64,000 nt of DNA from the IMG/VR virus record IMGVR_UViG_3300048907_000336; one strand, 5' to 3'. The notes below the pieces were generated by a model that saw nothing but the letters and a program-made list of their open reading frames with translations, was not told the DNA's origin and made no database searches. The stretch comes from a virus. A program made the position numbers and the translations under genes. Positions 17,009 through 27,666 of the stretch are shown piece by piece (positions within the stretch are counted from its first letter, which is position 1; each line of letters starts with the position of its first letter).

Positions 17009-17635
17009 ATGGCGTTGAACGGTGAAAAGATCCCGATTGTCCTTCAGCTTGACGACACGACAGTTGTCGATGGCGCTGTCGTCAAGCCGTTGTTGTTCTC
17101 GACCTACACCGAGTGCATCAACGAAGCCAATCGGCTGACCGAACCTAAGAGCTACGAGGCCCGGTTGCGTCGTCTGCGCCTGTTGAAACAGGTGACGTTC
17201 TACGTCAACGGCACCGTGGCTCCGGTCAGAATGCAAGACCTGTTGAAGATGACGATTCCATCGGCGCGCACGCTGGCGGCGCAGATCGACGAGTCGCAGG
17301 GCAACCCAGGTAAAATTATCAAGAAAGGCGACGGCGTAGACACTGGAATCATCTACGAGCTGGGTACGCCGATTGCAATTCAGAACAAAGACCCGATTAA
17401 AGAGCTGGAGTTTGCGGCGCAAACTTATGGTGACATCGAAGACGTGATGGTGGCACCGAATGCAGCGCAGCAGACACTGACGCTGATCTCGACCGTCGCC
17501 AAGCCGCTCGGGACTTCGCTGACTCGCTTGCCGTCGTGGGCGGTGGCTCAAATCACGGTCGCCGATGGTTGGGCCATTATGCGAGACATTCTGCCGCTTT
17601 TTCTCGAGCCGCCAGTCGAGTTATCGACCGAGTAG
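17009..17635 (+). CDS. tail assembly chaperone
   Basis: Between tube and tape measure genes. Confidence 0.65.
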   Translation: MALNGEKIPIVLQLDDTTVVDGAVVKPLLFSTYTECINEANRLTEPKSYEARLRRLRLLKQVTFYVNGTVAPVRMQDLLKMTIPSARTLAAQIDESQGNPGKIIKKGDGVDTGIIYELGTPIAIQNKDPIKELEFAAQTYGDIEDVMVAPNAAQQTLTLISTVAKPLGTSLTRLPSWAVAQITVADGWAIMRDILPLFLEPPVELSTE

Positions 17636-17781
17636 AAGAGTATCGTTACTACTCGGCGTCGGCTGGTGATGTAAGTTCGTTGCCATTCAAGCTTCTGACG
17701 CTGCGCATCAATGCGTTCAACAAAGTTCATCGTCAAGAAATGAGATTTCGGGTCACGCTGGCTGGAGGCAAGCCGCACTAA
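17597..17781 (+). other. probable -1 frameshift extension of the tail chaperone (G/GT-type)
   Basis: CTT TTT run at 17597-17602; the -1 frame is open to TAA 17781, abutting the tape measure ATG. Confidence 0.5.
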
Positions 17782-20697
17782 ATGTCCTTCATCGAAAGTG
17801 CAACGCTCAAAGTAATTGATGAGTCCAGCGGCGCGATCAACAAGATCAACGCTGAACTCCGCAAGTTGCAAGCGACTGCAAGGTCGTTAAAGAGCGTCAG
17901 TGTCAGTATCAGCGTTCAGGATAAGGGCATCCAGAACGCAATTCGTAATCTCCGCAGCCTGAACCGGGAACTGCTGCGTGCTAAGTCGGCATCCAGCGGT
18001 TTCAGCATCGGCACTCAGGTGAGTGGGTTGCAGCAAGCTGCCAACCAAGCGCAGCGGATGGCGACCTACATGACGCGCGCCAATCAGCAGGCGGCTTTGG
18101 CAGCGCGTCAACCAGTACAAGCAGCACAGCGCGCTGCTGCGGCACAGCGGGCCGCTGCAGCACCGGCACGGCAGCGTGGCGGCGGTATCGGCCTTCCTCC
18201 CCATATCGGCTACGGCTTTGCCGCCGGTCTTGGCGGTTTCGCTGGTGTCACCGCAGCCGCCATTGCTCATCATCTAGGCCGCGAAACCAAGAAAGGCATC
18301 GAAGAGTCTGACATCGCCGAACAGGCGTTGCGGATGAAGCAGATCGATACTGTGACGAAGACGCCAGGAGCAGAGGCGGCTTTCCGGGAAGATATAAAAC
18401 GTATTGGTGAGGAGAAGGAGAAGCTGTACGGCCCGGAGGGAATCGCTGTTAAAGGTGCTGGCGGTGCGTTTTTCAATCTGGCTCAACGCAAACAGGTCGC
18501 GTCCGAAGCGTTCGGTATCACCGCCGATCCCGAAAAAACCGCGAAAATGGTCAGCCAAGTCGAAGAGCTGGCGCGTACCAACTTCCTGCTCGGCGGCTCG
18601 ATGGAGCAGGCGACCGACAACGCTTACAACTACATCAAGGGTCTTGATGCGATGGGCCGCATCAACATCCACAATCAAGAGCAGATGGACCAAGCGATTG
18701 CTCGCGGAGAATTTGCGCCCGGAACTAAGGTAAAAGATTTTCCAAACGCCCCGTTCTCAGAAGGACGACTGGCGGAATCTGTCGAGTATTTGCAGAAGAT
18801 CGCGCCGGAAATCGGCAAGGAAATGACCGGCGGCTTCTTCCGGCAGATCTCGAAATACATGTCGGGCTCGAAATACGCTGCCGATTGGCGCGCCATCGGC
18901 GCGACTTTGCTGCTCGGTGAAGATATCGGCACTCGCGCCGCCGTCGGCTACAACCAAGCCGTCAAGCAACTCTCTGGCCGTGGCATCACCAAGGCGATCA
19001 ATGCCAACCAGATGGCGGCCGGGCTCGGCCGGGCACAGACCGAAGCCAGTAAGAATTTGCTGCTGCACGATCTGCCAAAATGGTTGGGCGAGGGTCTGCG
19101 TGATCCCGCGACCGGCCAGTACATCATGGGAAAAGACAAGAAAGGCAGAGAACGGCCAATAGTTGAAAGTTTTGCCGACATCGCCAAGCGTAAGTGGGGG
19201 CTCGACACCACCACGGCGGAAGGGGCGTATGAGGCGGCAGCCAAAGTGGCGGGTGATCGCACTGCGGTCGACGCCATCGCTGCGTTTTTATATAACTACA
19301 AAGAAATCAAGCAGAAGCTCGATCAAGCCGACCTGCGCTCCGGTAAACCAGAGGATATTCGTCGGCTCACGGCGGACAGCCCGCGTGTTCAGTTCGCCAC
19401 GCTGGAAAGTCAGTTGCAGTCCACCACTGCCGAGTTCGTCAAGCCGCTGTTGAAAGCGGCGATACCCATGACTGAATCGATTCGCAAAGGTCTTGCCACC
19501 CAGGCGGCTGACATCGAAGAGAAAAGCCGGAAGGGAACGCTGGGGCCAGACGATTATCGAACTATCTTTGCCGGGTTGGGAGGAATTACTGAATTATATG
19601 CCGCCAAACAATTGGCTGAAGGTAACGTTCCCGGGGCGATAGCGACGGCAGGAGCTGGCGCAATGATCGCGGCGGGGCCAGAGCTGTTGAAGGCAGGCGG
19701 TTTGTTGAGCAGTGCCGCAGCAGGACTTGCTAAACTGTTCGGCATTGAGCTGCCGAATTTGGATAAGGATAAAAAAGAAGGCGATGCCAAGAAGGAGAAC
19801 GCGGCAAGTAAGGTCGTCGATGATCTTATAAAAGCGGCTCCACCCCAAATCAGGCTCCCTGTTGAAGCTGCTGAGCTTGCTTGGGGCGTGTTCAGAAGGT
19901 TTATGACTCCACTTTCGCCGGAAGCCCAAGTGGCGGCGAAAGCTCGATCTGATCTTGATTTCAAACAGGCCAAACTTGCCGAGGATTTCAAACGGCTAGC
20001 GGCGATAGCCGAGGAACACAAGATCCCCGAAGGCTTGGCCACGCCTAGTGAACTAAATTACATGCGGCGTCACAAAGGTGAGATGCCTGAATCTTTGAAG
20101 ACAAAGATCGAGGCTGAGCGAACAAAGCTGCAAGTAGAAATCGGTAGGAATCTACGCGAGATCGACGAGCTTAGGACGAAGTTGGGTCTGGACCAGAAGC
20201 CAAAGCCGCCGGAAGAAAAACCGCCTGAACCGACACCCGCCGCTGAGATCGAACAGGGCGTTAGAGATGGCACCGAGAAGGCGAACGAGAAGGGGGTTCG
20301 CGTCATCGAGGACGGCCGCCCCGAAGGCGTGCCGGTCACCACTGCTGGACCGCCACCGGCGCTGCCGTGGGTGCCGGGCACCGAAGTTCCGGCAGTGCCA
20401 ACGGTCGAGCCGCCGCCAGCAACTCCCTGGAGCGAGGATGCGACCAAGGTGAGCGAGGCAGCAACTACACTGCAAACTGGGCTGAGTACGGGTGCCGGGC
20501 AAATCCAGGCCGCTGCTTCGTCGCTAGCGGAAGGCGGCAGTCAGGCTGCATCGATCATTGCTTCGGGCGCTCTTGCTGCGGGCGCGGCCTATGGTGCCGC
20601 CGCAGCCGCCGCGATTTCGGCTGCCGCCGCGAATGTTCACATCAATGTCAGCCAAAGCGGCGGCAAGCCCGACGCGGGCGCGCAGAAAACTGAGTAG
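17782..20697 (+). CDS. tape measure protein
   Basis: 971 aa, Ala/Gly/Lys-rich and helical; position; no cysteine seen. Confidence 0.8.
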   Translation: MSFIESATLKVIDESSGAINKINAELRKLQATARSLKSVSVSISVQDKGIQNAIRNLRSLNRELLRAKSASSGFSIGTQVSGLQQAANQAQRMATYMTRANQQAALAARQPVQAAQRAAAAQRAAAAPARQRGGGIGLPPHIGYGFAAGLGGFAGVTAAAIAHHLGRETKKGIEESDIAEQALRMKQIDTVTKTPGAEAAFREDIKRIGEEKEKLYGPEGIAVKGAGGAFFNLAQRKQVASEAFGITADPEKTAKMVSQVEELARTNFLLGGSMEQATDNAYNYIKGLDAMGRINIHNQEQMDQAIARGEFAPGTKVKDFPNAPFSEGRLAESVEYLQKIAPEIGKEMTGGFFRQISKYMSGSKYAADWRAIGATLLLGEDIGTRAAVGYNQAVKQLSGRGITKAINANQMAAGLGRAQTEASKNLLLHDLPKWLGEGLRDPATGQYIMGKDKKGRERPIVESFADIAKRKWGLDTTTAEGAYEAAAKVAGDRTAVDAIAAFLYNYKEIKQKLDQADLRSGKPEDIRRLTADSPRVQFATLESQLQSTTAEFVKPLLKAAIPMTESIRKGLATQAADIEEKSRKGTLGPDDYRTIFAGLGGITELYAAKQLAEGNVPGAIATAGAGAMIAAGPELLKAGGLLSSAAAGLAKLFGIELPNLDKDKKEGDAKKENAASKVVDDLIKAAPPQIRLPVEAAELAWGVFRRFMTPLSPEAQVAAKARSDLDFKQAKLAEDFKRLAAIAEEHKIPEGLATPSELNYMRRHKGEMPESLKTKIEAERTKLQVEIGRNLREIDELRTKLGLDQKPKPPEEKPPEPTPAAEIEQGVRDGTEKANEKGVRVIEDGRPEGVPVTTAGPPPALPWVPGTEVPAVPTVEPPPATPWSEDATKVSEAATTLQTGLSTGAGQIQAAASSLAEGGSQAASIIASGALAAGAAYGAAAAAAISAAAANVHINVSQSGGKPDAGAQKTE

Positions 20698-20704
20698 GAA
20701 TTTG

Positions 20705-20816
20705 GCACCCACTCCAGCAGCCTTGCCTGGGTGCTGAATCAGCGGCGAAGCCGGGTTGATCCACCCGGCTTCGCCCGACTGATGAAAATCAACTTTATGA
20801 CCACGGTCATAAAGTT
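20705..20816 (+). other. three consecutive hairpins filling the intergenic spacer
   Basis: GCACCCA/TGGGTGC; 13 bp GGCGAAGCCGGGT/ACCCGGCTTCGCC; 14 bp TCAACTTTATGACC/GGTCATAAAGTTGA. Confidence 0.7.
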
Positions 20817-20837
20817 GAAAAAGCGAACTAAACAAAA

Positions 20838-22034
20838 ATGTCTAGATCCAACTGTGCCATCGGTCGCGGTTACGTCCCGGCGTCGTTCAAAGGTGTGTTG
20901 TTCGACTGCATCGATGCCGATGCCGAAGGCGGCCGCCGTGGTGCCGAAGGTGAATTTCCGTTCGGCGAGGACACCGCATATTGCGATCTCGGCCGCAAGA
21001 TCAGGCTGTACAAACTCAACGCTGTTTTCCGCGATGACGATCATGTCGCCGCGTCTCAAGCTCTGTTTCAGGCTTGTCAATCGCCGGGACCGGGGATGCT
21101 GGTGCATCCCACGGCGGGCACCGTTATGGTGGCCTGTCGCAGCGTCACCGTCAAAGACACGCCGGAGGAGCCCGGCGAGACTCGTGTCTCGCTCGACTTC
21201 GTCGAAGCCAATGTCGCGGGCGGGCTCGGCAGCCTGGGCAATGCGCTGTTCGGCATCATTTCCACCGGGCTCGCCGGGGCATCGCAGGCATCGTTCTTTG
21301 CGGGCTACCGCACGTTCTTTGTGTCGCAGCCGTGGCAGCAGGACGTGATCGCCACCACACAAATGTTGATCAGTACCGTGGCGACGACAGTTGCGTTGGC
21401 GCTGCCTGCCGACGCTCCGGCGCAGGATTGGCGCAACGTGGCAAAGATGCAGGAAGTCGCCACCGATGCCGGGCTCGCGGCGATGCCGCAGAAGGTCGAT
21501 GCCGCGCTGGCCTACGGGTTCAACGCCGTGGCGGTGAATATCCAAGACGCACCGACGCGCTATACCACGATGCGCAAATTGGCCAACATCGCGGCGTTTA
21601 CGTCGACGCTACCAGCGGGGGCTGCGCAAGAGAGCGAGGAGGCGGTGTTGCAGCGACATCGCCTCCTCGCTGCCGTCGGCATGGCCGAAGCGGCAATGGC
21701 GATGCGGTACGCCACGGTCGATGACGCGCTCAACACCATGGATCAGGTCGCTGCGGTGTTCGACGACGAAGCGCAAAAAGCTTACGACGAATGCGACAAC
21801 GTGCTGTACCTCGAATTGGAAAAGTACGTCACCCAGTTTCGCACCACGATGAACCAGCTTGCCTATCGGCTGCCGCCGGTGATCACTGTCAATTTCGGTG
21901 GCGGCGTGCATCCGCTGGTCGCCGCCTATGTCATTTACAAAGACGCCAAAAGACATCGTGAATTAGAACCGCGCAACGTGATCGACGCCAACGGTCGCTT
22001 CGGCCCGCTGGTTACCGGAATTGCACCGGCATGA
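20838..22034 (+). CDS. DNA circularization protein (Mu gpN-like)
   Basis: PASFKGVLF...GGRRG..EFPF..DLGRK; C-terminal HPLVAAYVIYKDAKR..ELEPRN. Confidence 0.85.
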   Translation: MSRSNCAIGRGYVPASFKGVLFDCIDADAEGGRRGAEGEFPFGEDTAYCDLGRKIRLYKLNAVFRDDDHVAASQALFQACQSPGPGMLVHPTAGTVMVACRSVTVKDTPEEPGETRVSLDFVEANVAGGLGSLGNALFGIISTGLAGASQASFFAGYRTFFVSQPWQQDVIATTQMLISTVATTVALALPADAPAQDWRNVAKMQEVATDAGLAAMPQKVDAALAYGFNAVAVNIQDAPTRYTTMRKLANIAAFTSTLPAGAAQESEEAVLQRHRLLAAVGMAEAAMAMRYATVDDALNTMDQVAAVFDDEAQKAYDECDNVLYLELEKYVTQFRTTMNQLAYRLPPVITVNFGGGVHPLVAAYVIYKDAKRHRELEPRNVIDANGRFGPLVTGIAPA

Positions 22035-23434
22035 AGCCTGTGGTTATCACTATCGGCGGCAGCGAAGTCACGCAGTGGACTGAGATGACGCTGACCCGCA
22101 AGAAAGAAAACTTGACCGGCGAACTCGATCTCACCTTGTTCGGCGGCTCGATGCCGTCGATGCCGATTTTGCGCGAGATTCTGGCGTCGAGCCCCATCGA
22201 GGTCTACGTCGCCGGGCAGCTCGCATTCACCGGCACCGTGGACCGGCGCAGCGGCAACGGTCATAACAGTAGCGATAAGCACGGCAATCGGCATCACAAA
22301 GGCAGCGGCAGCGCGCACGTGCAATCGAGCCACGGGACGCTGCATCACGGCGGCGGCCACCACAAAGGCGCGAGCGGCCAGGGCGCAGCCAGCCATCCCG
22401 GTCTCAATCTCGGCCCCAACCAATACCTGATCAAGGTGCAAGCGCGCGGTAAGTGCAAACGCCTGATCGATTCATCGCATCAGCATCCCACCACCAACAT
22501 GATGCAGCCGACGACCAAGGAAGTGGTCGAGAAGCTGGTCGAGCCCTGGAAGGTGCCGGTTCAATTCTTGGGCGAGGTGATCAAGCTCGATAAAGTGCGT
22601 TTCCGCGACGGCGCGCGGGTGATCGACGAGCTACACCGCATCGGCATGGAGAACGCCTACTTCATGTACGAGACCAGGGACGGCAAGCTCAAAGTCACCG
22701 ACGGCGTTGGCAGCCAATCGGGCAGCGGCGACCCGCTTATTCTCGGGCAGAATATTCTCACTTTCGAAGCTGAGCAGTCGGAAGACCAGGGCCGCAGCAA
22801 AGTGAAGGTCAAAGGCCAGCGCACTCCCAAGGATAAATGGGGCAAGGACGCGGTGCTCAAGACATTCAAGGAAGTGCAGGACGGCTGGGTCAAAAGCTTC
22901 GCCCCGGAAACGGTGCAGCACTATGGCGACGGCGACGAGAAGACGCTGGAGCGGCGGGCGCGGTTCGAGATGAACAAGCGCAGCTCGACCTGCAAGAAGC
23001 TGACTATCGAAGTGTTTCATGTCCAAACGCCATCGGGGCAACCATGGGACATTGGCGATACGCACTATTGCGAAATCCCGGTCGAGGGCATCTTCGACGT
23101 GTTCGAGGTGACCGAGTTGGTCTACTACGTCGATCACGAGAAGACGGTCAAAACCAAGCTTACGCTCTCACCCCCGCCATCCGGCGGTGCTGGCGGCGCT
23201 GCCGGTGGCTTCGGCTTGAGCAGTATCTCACAGACGCTTGGTATGGCCCGCGCCGGTCAGGCAGGGTTTGCGATGGCGGCAGGCTCATACCCCGCTCCCT
23301 GGACTGCGCCGATGCTGTCGGAATTGCCGGTGGAGACTTTGGTCGAAGCGGCTGCGAAGCAGCAACCTGAAGAATTGACACCGGAGCGTACGCCACCGTT
23401 GACGTTGCCCGATTGGTTTGGGGAGGCAGGCTGA
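22031..23434 (+). CDS. baseplate hub (Mu gp44/gpP-like) with a His-rich insertion
   Basis: VVITIGG...GKCKRLIDSS...LILGQNIL...RRARFEMNKR; position. Confidence 0.8.
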   Translation: MKPVVITIGGSEVTQWTEMTLTRKKENLTGELDLTLFGGSMPSMPILREILASSPIEVYVAGQLAFTGTVDRRSGNGHNSSDKHGNRHHKGSGSAHVQSSHGTLHHGGGHHKGASGQGAASHPGLNLGPNQYLIKVQARGKCKRLIDSSHQHPTTNMMQPTTKEVVEKLVEPWKVPVQFLGEVIKLDKVRFRDGARVIDELHRIGMENAYFMYETRDGKLKVTDGVGSQSGSGDPLILGQNILTFEAEQSEDQGRSKVKVKGQRTPKDKWGKDAVLKTFKEVQDGWVKSFAPETVQHYGDGDEKTLERRARFEMNKRSSTCKKLTIEVFHVQTPSGQPWDIGDTHYCEIPVEGIFDVFEVTELVYYVDHEKTVKTKLTLSPPPSGGAGGAAGGFGLSSISQTLGMARAGQAGFAMAAGSYPAPWTAPMLSELPVETLVEAAAKQQPEELTPERTPPLTLPDWFGEAG

Positions 23435-24132
23435 TGCCATCTGCAGGTTTTCGCGAACGCTCGCGCGATGTCCAGGACGGCTGGGAGCGGCACATCTATG
23501 GCGACATCGAGTACAACGGCCAGGGCGCTATCGCCAAAGTCAGCGGCACCGACACCAAAGACGAGGAAGCGCCGGTGATGAACGTCGCCGGTACCGGGTT
23601 TAAACTCAAGAAAGATTTCAACACTGAAGTGTTTCTGGTCGGTTCGTCGAGCGACACCACGCTCAAGCATGCGCTGCTGACGCCGCCGCGCGACAAGCAG
23701 CGCCGCTGGTCGGAAGGCCATGGCGGCATCCAACACCCGACCGACGGCTCGTTCGCGCTCGATTTCTCCGACAACATGGCGCACCTGACCAAGGCGAAAT
23801 TCGGTGTCGGCGAGAATGGCGAGTTCGAGATCAAGAACAGCGAAGGCTATTTTCGCACTGACAAGGTCATTGTCGGCAAGCAGCCGGGCGTCGGCGAGCT
23901 GATCGTCAACAAGCAGGTCAAGACGCCGAAGATCGTCAACGGCACCGAGAAGCCGCCGAACTTCGAAGGCAGCAAAGAGGAGCCGGTCAAGCAGCAAGGT
24001 CAGGGCGGTCAGCATTTGCTGCTGGTCGTCAATAACAGCCTCGTCGTCAGCAACGAGCCGGTGCCCGCACCCACTGCGCTGGCAAGCATGGGCTCGATGG
24101 AAGGCTATCATTTGGACTTCGGGTACTTCTGA
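23434..24132 (+). CDS. baseplate spike (Mu gp45-like)
   Basis: Follows the hub with TGATG coupling; beta-rich C-terminus. Confidence 0.6.
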   Translation: MPSAGFRERSRDVQDGWERHIYGDIEYNGQGAIAKVSGTDTKDEEAPVMNVAGTGFKLKKDFNTEVFLVGSSSDTTLKHALLTPPRDKQRRWSEGHGGIQHPTDGSFALDFSDNMAHLTKAKFGVGENGEFEIKNSEGYFRTDKVIVGKQPGVGELIVNKQVKTPKIVNGTEKPPNFEGSKEEPVKQQGQGGQHLLLVVNNSLVVSNEPVPAPTALASMGSMEGYHLDFGYF

Positions 24133-24134
24133 AA

Positions 24135-26654
24135 ATGAGCGACCCTAACGTACTCAGCATCAAGCGTCGGCTGAGCGGCCCGCCGGGGCCGCCGCCGGTG
24201 CTGTTCAATGCCGAGATCTGCTTCAACGAAGTCGATAACACGATGTGGTACGGGCGCGGCGACCGTGGCGACGGCGTTGCGGCCCAGATCATCCAGATCG
24301 GCGGTGGCGGCTCGGGCGGTGGCGAGCAGGGGCCGCCGGGACCGGCCGGGCCGCAGGGACCGGCCGGGCCGCAGGGACCGCAGGGGCCGACCGGCTCCGA
24401 TGGCGCGCGCGGCCCCATCGGCCCGCAAGGCCCCGCTGGCACGACCGGGCCCGCTGGCCCTCCGGGTCCGACTGGCGCAACGGGATCGCAGGGACCGGCC
24501 GGTGCCACCGGCGCGCAGGGCCCCAAAGGCGACACCGGCGCGCAGGGCCCGCAGGGGCCGCAGGGCGTTCAGGGACCGACGGGAGCGACCGGCACCGGCA
24601 TCACCATGAAGGGCTCGGTGCCGACGTCGGGCGATCTTCCCGTCAGCGGCAATACCCAAGGCGATGCCTACCTTGTCCAGGCAGACGATTCGCTGTGGAT
24701 CTGGGATGGGACAGCTTGGGTCAGCGGCGGCTCAATCCAGGGCCCTCCTGGAGCCCAAGGACCGCAAGGCCCGCAGGGAACGCAGGGCCCTCCTGGTCCA
24801 CAGGGCCCGGCCGGGGTGGTGACGACATCGCCACCGCTGGCGTTGTCGAGCGGTAACCTGTCCATCGATCTGTCGGCCTATGCTCTCCTCGCATCCCCGG
24901 CGCTGACCGGGGTGCCGACGGCACCGACTGCGACCGCAGGGACCAACACCACGCAGCTTGCGACCACGGCATTCGTCACAGCAGCCGTCGCCGGTGGTGG
25001 CGGTGCCTATGTCGCCAAGACCGGCGACACCATGACCGGCCAGTTGCAGCTTAGTTATGCGTCTGGTGCTCCGCTTAAGGTCAACCAGCCGTCAAGCAAT
25101 GTAGCCATATCGATTGTTAAGCCGTCTGCAGGAACGACCTACGCCAACGCCATCTGCGGCTTTACCGGGGCCAATCCACGCTGGCAACTAAACCTTGGCG
25201 ATAACACCACCGAGCCAGGAAGCAATGTCGGTTCTGATTTCTCGATCTGGAGCATGCAGGACAACGGCGCGGTCCTTGGCACGCCATTCAAGATCACCCG
25301 CGCCACCGGTGTTTCTACATTTGGCGCTAATGCCATCATAGCAACAACAAACCCGACGTTAGTCCTGAACAAAGGCGCGTCCGGCCAAGAAGCTAACATT
25401 CTTGGGCAAACCGCTGGCGCTAATCGGTGGCAAATTAACTGCGCCAATAGTGCTGCCGAGAGCGGCAGCAACGTCGGTTCGAATTTTGACATCAATCGGA
25501 TGAGCGATGCGGGGGCGTTTCTTTCGACGCCGATTACGATCAACCGTAGTACTGGTCAGGTTAGTTTCCAAGGCGGTTCAAACGCTGCCTGGACGGTTAA
25601 CGTAAGAGGTACGACCGGTACCGGTCAGTCGTTTGGCCTGCTTCTCGATGCAGGCACCAACACCTCTGACATGCCGTTGCTGGTTCGCAATCAAGCGCAA
25701 TCCCTGAACTTCTTGCAGATAGACGGTGCCGGTCGTGTCTACATGCCAGATATGGCCAGCAAGCTGAATATCGGTGGCTTCGGTCAGGGCAGTGCCTCAG
25801 TGTTCAATATTCGCTACGACAGTAGCGCTCGCGGTGGCATCGAAATCAGCACGCCATCAACCGGCACTGCCGGGAACATTCTTTCGATCTACAACGGATC
25901 AAGTCAGGGATGGACCTGGACCTGGGCAGGAACAAATCAGTCCCAAATTAATGTGAACGGTCAGTTTTACTTCACTAGCGACCTGAAAACCACGGGTGGG
26001 CTTTATACGGCGAACGCCATTACTATCGGTGGCGGCGGTGCCGACATCACCGGCAAAGTCTGGCATCGCGGCAACAACGCGGGGGATTGGGGCAGCATTT
26101 TCCAAGCGCCGGGCTATGGTTTGCTCGTCATCGGCGGCACCAGCAGCAGCGATACCGCATTTCAGGTCAGCAATGCGGCGCAGACCGTGGCGATGTTCTA
26201 TGTCAAAGGTAATGGCGATGCTGCTCTTTCCGGCAGCATGAACCTGGGTGTTAACATCCTGGTCGGCGGTCAGGGCTACAAGCCCGGCGGCGGCACCTGG
26301 GCTGATTCCAGCGATATTCGCATCAAGACCGTGCTAGGCGACTACGTCAGCGGACTTGATGAAATTCTGAAACTCAAACCACGGTTGTTCAAATACAAAG
26401 GCAACGATCATATTTTTGCTGATCAAGATTCTCCGCATAAGCAGGTTGCCGAGAGCAACAAAGTGTTCATCGGGCTGGTGGCGCAAGAAGCTGAACACGC
26501 CATGTCTGAGCTGGTGGAAAAGCGCGATGGTTTTATCGACGGCGAGCCGGTTGACGATCTGCGCAGCATCGACAGCACGCCATTGATTTACGCGCTGATC
26601 AATGCCGTCAAGGAATTGAGTGCGCGCGTCGAAGCGTTGGAGGCAGCACGATGA
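24135..26654 (+). CDS. collagen-repeat fibre protein with C-terminal intramolecular chaperone (S74-like)
   Basis: G-X-Y repeats; SDIRIK...[10 protein letters not shown]...GLVAQEAE...[16 protein letters not shown]. Confidence 0.9.
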   Translation: MSDPNVLSIKRRLSGPPGPPPVLFNAEICFNEVDNTMWYGRGDRGDGVAAQIIQIGGGGSGGGEQGPPGPAGPQGPAGPQGPQGPTGSDGARGPIGPQGPAGTTGPAGPPGPTGATGSQGPAGATGAQGPKGDTGAQGPQGPQGVQGPTGATGTGITMKGSVPTSGDLPVSGNTQGDAYLVQADDSLWIWDGTAWVSGGSIQGPPGAQGPQGPQGTQGPPGPQGPAGVVTTSPPLALSSGNLSIDLSAYALLASPALTGVPTAPTATAGTNTTQLATTAFVTAAVAGGGGAYVAKTGDTMTGQLQLSYASGAPLKVNQPSSNVAISIVKPSAGTTYANAICGFTGANPRWQLNLGDNTTEPGSNVGSDFSIWSMQDNGAVLGTPFKITRATGVSTFGANAIIATTNPTLVLNKGASGQEANILGQTAGANRWQINCANSAAESGSNVGSNFDINRMSDAGAFLSTPITINRSTGQVSFQGGSNAAWTVNVRGTTGTGQSFGLLLDAGTNTSDMPLLVRNQAQSLNFLQIDGAGRVYMPDMASKLNIGGFGQGSASVFNIRYDSSARGGIEISTPSTGTAGNILSIYNGSSQGWTWTWAGTNQSQINVNGQFYFTSDLKTTGGLYTANAITIGGGGADITGKVWHRGNNAGDWGSIFQAPGYGLLVIGGTSSSDTAFQVSNAAQTVAMFYVKGNGDAALSGSMNLGVNILVGGQGYKPGGGTWADSSDIRIKTVLGDYVSGLDEILKLKPRLFKYKGNDHIFADQDSPHKQVAESNKVFIGLVAQEAEHAMSELVEKRDGFIDGEPVDDLRSIDSTPLIYALINAVKELSARVEALEAAR
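24327..24815 (+). repeat. collagen-like Gly-X-Y repeats (two blocks)
   Basis: GPAGPQGP... coding repeats interrupted by a non-collagen module. Confidence 0.95.
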
Positions 26655-27061
26655 TGCATCTTAGAGGCAAGTGTTCGAGCTTTGGCGGCCCCGATGACGA
26701 AGGCGTCAGCGAAGACGAAGGTCTGGCCTTCATCTACGATTATGACACCGCGCCGTATTTGTTTCTGCTGGAGCAGCCCTACGGCAGCAGTGGATTAGCT
26801 CGGCGCTTGAACCCGGCGGTGTACTACATCGCCTGCCGCTGGGACTACGACGAGTTCCCGAAAGACACGCTGCTCGATCACATGGCACTGGTGCGCTCGC
26901 GCGAGACCGGGCGCGAGTTCCTCGCCACGCCTGCCGATTGGGGGCCGCACAAAGATACCGGGCGGGTTGCCGACTTATCCCCCGGGCTGATGGCCGCGTT
27001 GCAAGTCGAGACCGACGATGAAGTAGAAGTGATATACCCTGCCCCCGTCACGGGATCGTGA
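26651..27061 (+). CDS. RlpA-like double-psi beta-barrel protein
   Basis: CSSFGGP start; [21 protein letters not shown]...DEVEV resembles the DPBB motif. Confidence 0.6.
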   Translation: MMHLRGKCSSFGGPDDEGVSEDEGLAFIYDYDTAPYLFLLEQPYGSSGLARRLNPAVYYIACRWDYDEFPKDTLLDHMALVRSRETGREFLATPADWGPHKDTGRVADLSPGLMAALQVETDDEVEVIYPAPVTGS

Positions 27062-27087
27062 CGTTTTTATCACAAGGAGGAATATGC

Positions 27088-27666
27088 ATGCCGATGCTTG
27101 CTTTGATTATCCCTATCAGTGGCGGCGCTCCTGACAATTCGTTGCCGGGATCGCCACCGGGTATCTGGCCGTCGCCGGGTCACCCGGCTCACCCGATTGC
27201 GCCCGGCGGTCAACCGCCCGGTATCTGGGGCGGTGCGCCGTTGCCGCCGACCGGCGTCTGGCCTGGGCCTGGGCAACCTCCGGGGATTTGGGGCGGCGCG
27301 CCGTTGCCGCCGACCGGCGTCTGGCCTGGGCCTGGACAACCTCCGGGGATTTGGGGCGGCGCGCCGCTGCCGGGTCACCCGGCTCACCCGATTGCGCCCG
27401 GCGGTCAACCGCCCGGTATCTGGGGCGGGGCTCCGTCGTATCCTGACAATTCGCTGCCCGGTGGTGGCTGGGGCGGCGGTGGCGGTGGTGGCGTCGTGTC
27501 GCCGCCGATTTACTTCCCGCCTGGATTCGACGTGCCGCCCCCGCCGCCGGTGCCGGAGGGCGAAGCTCTCGCACTGGTGATCACTGCGGGCGGCGCTAAG
27601 TGGTTTACTTACAAGACTGAGCGGCCGGAACATAAGCCAGTTCCGATGCCCGAGCCGAAGAAATAA
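27088..27666 (+). CDS. Pro/Gly/Trp-rich low-complexity repeat protein
   Basis: AGGAGG RBS; PDNSLP, GHPAHPIAPGG and QPPGIWGGAP repeats. Confidence 0.7.
   Translation: MPMLALIIPISGGAPDNSLPGSPPGIWPSPGHPAHPIAPGGQPPGIWGGAPLPPTGVWPGPGQPPGIWGGAPLPPTGVWPGPGQPPGIWGGAPLPGHPAHPIAPGGQPPGIWGGAPSYPDNSLPGGGWGGGGGGGVVSPPIYFPPGFDVPPPPPVPEGEALALVITAGGAKWFTYKTERPEHKPVPMPEPKK
27130..27461 (+). repeat. nested direct repeats in the Pro/Gly gene
   Basis: A 63 bp unit twice in tandem, flanked by two copies of a roughly 56 bp unit and two CCTGACAATTCG units. Confidence 0.9.

Noticed and set aside
20738-20825. Hammerhead ribozyme (CTGATGA...GAAA between two hairpins)
   Set aside because: Stem II is out of register with the core, stem III cannot pair with any NUH triplet, and CTGA is better paired with upstream TCAG.
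24327-24815. Collagen repeats as a novelty
   Set aside because: Gly-X-Y repeats are common in phage fibres.
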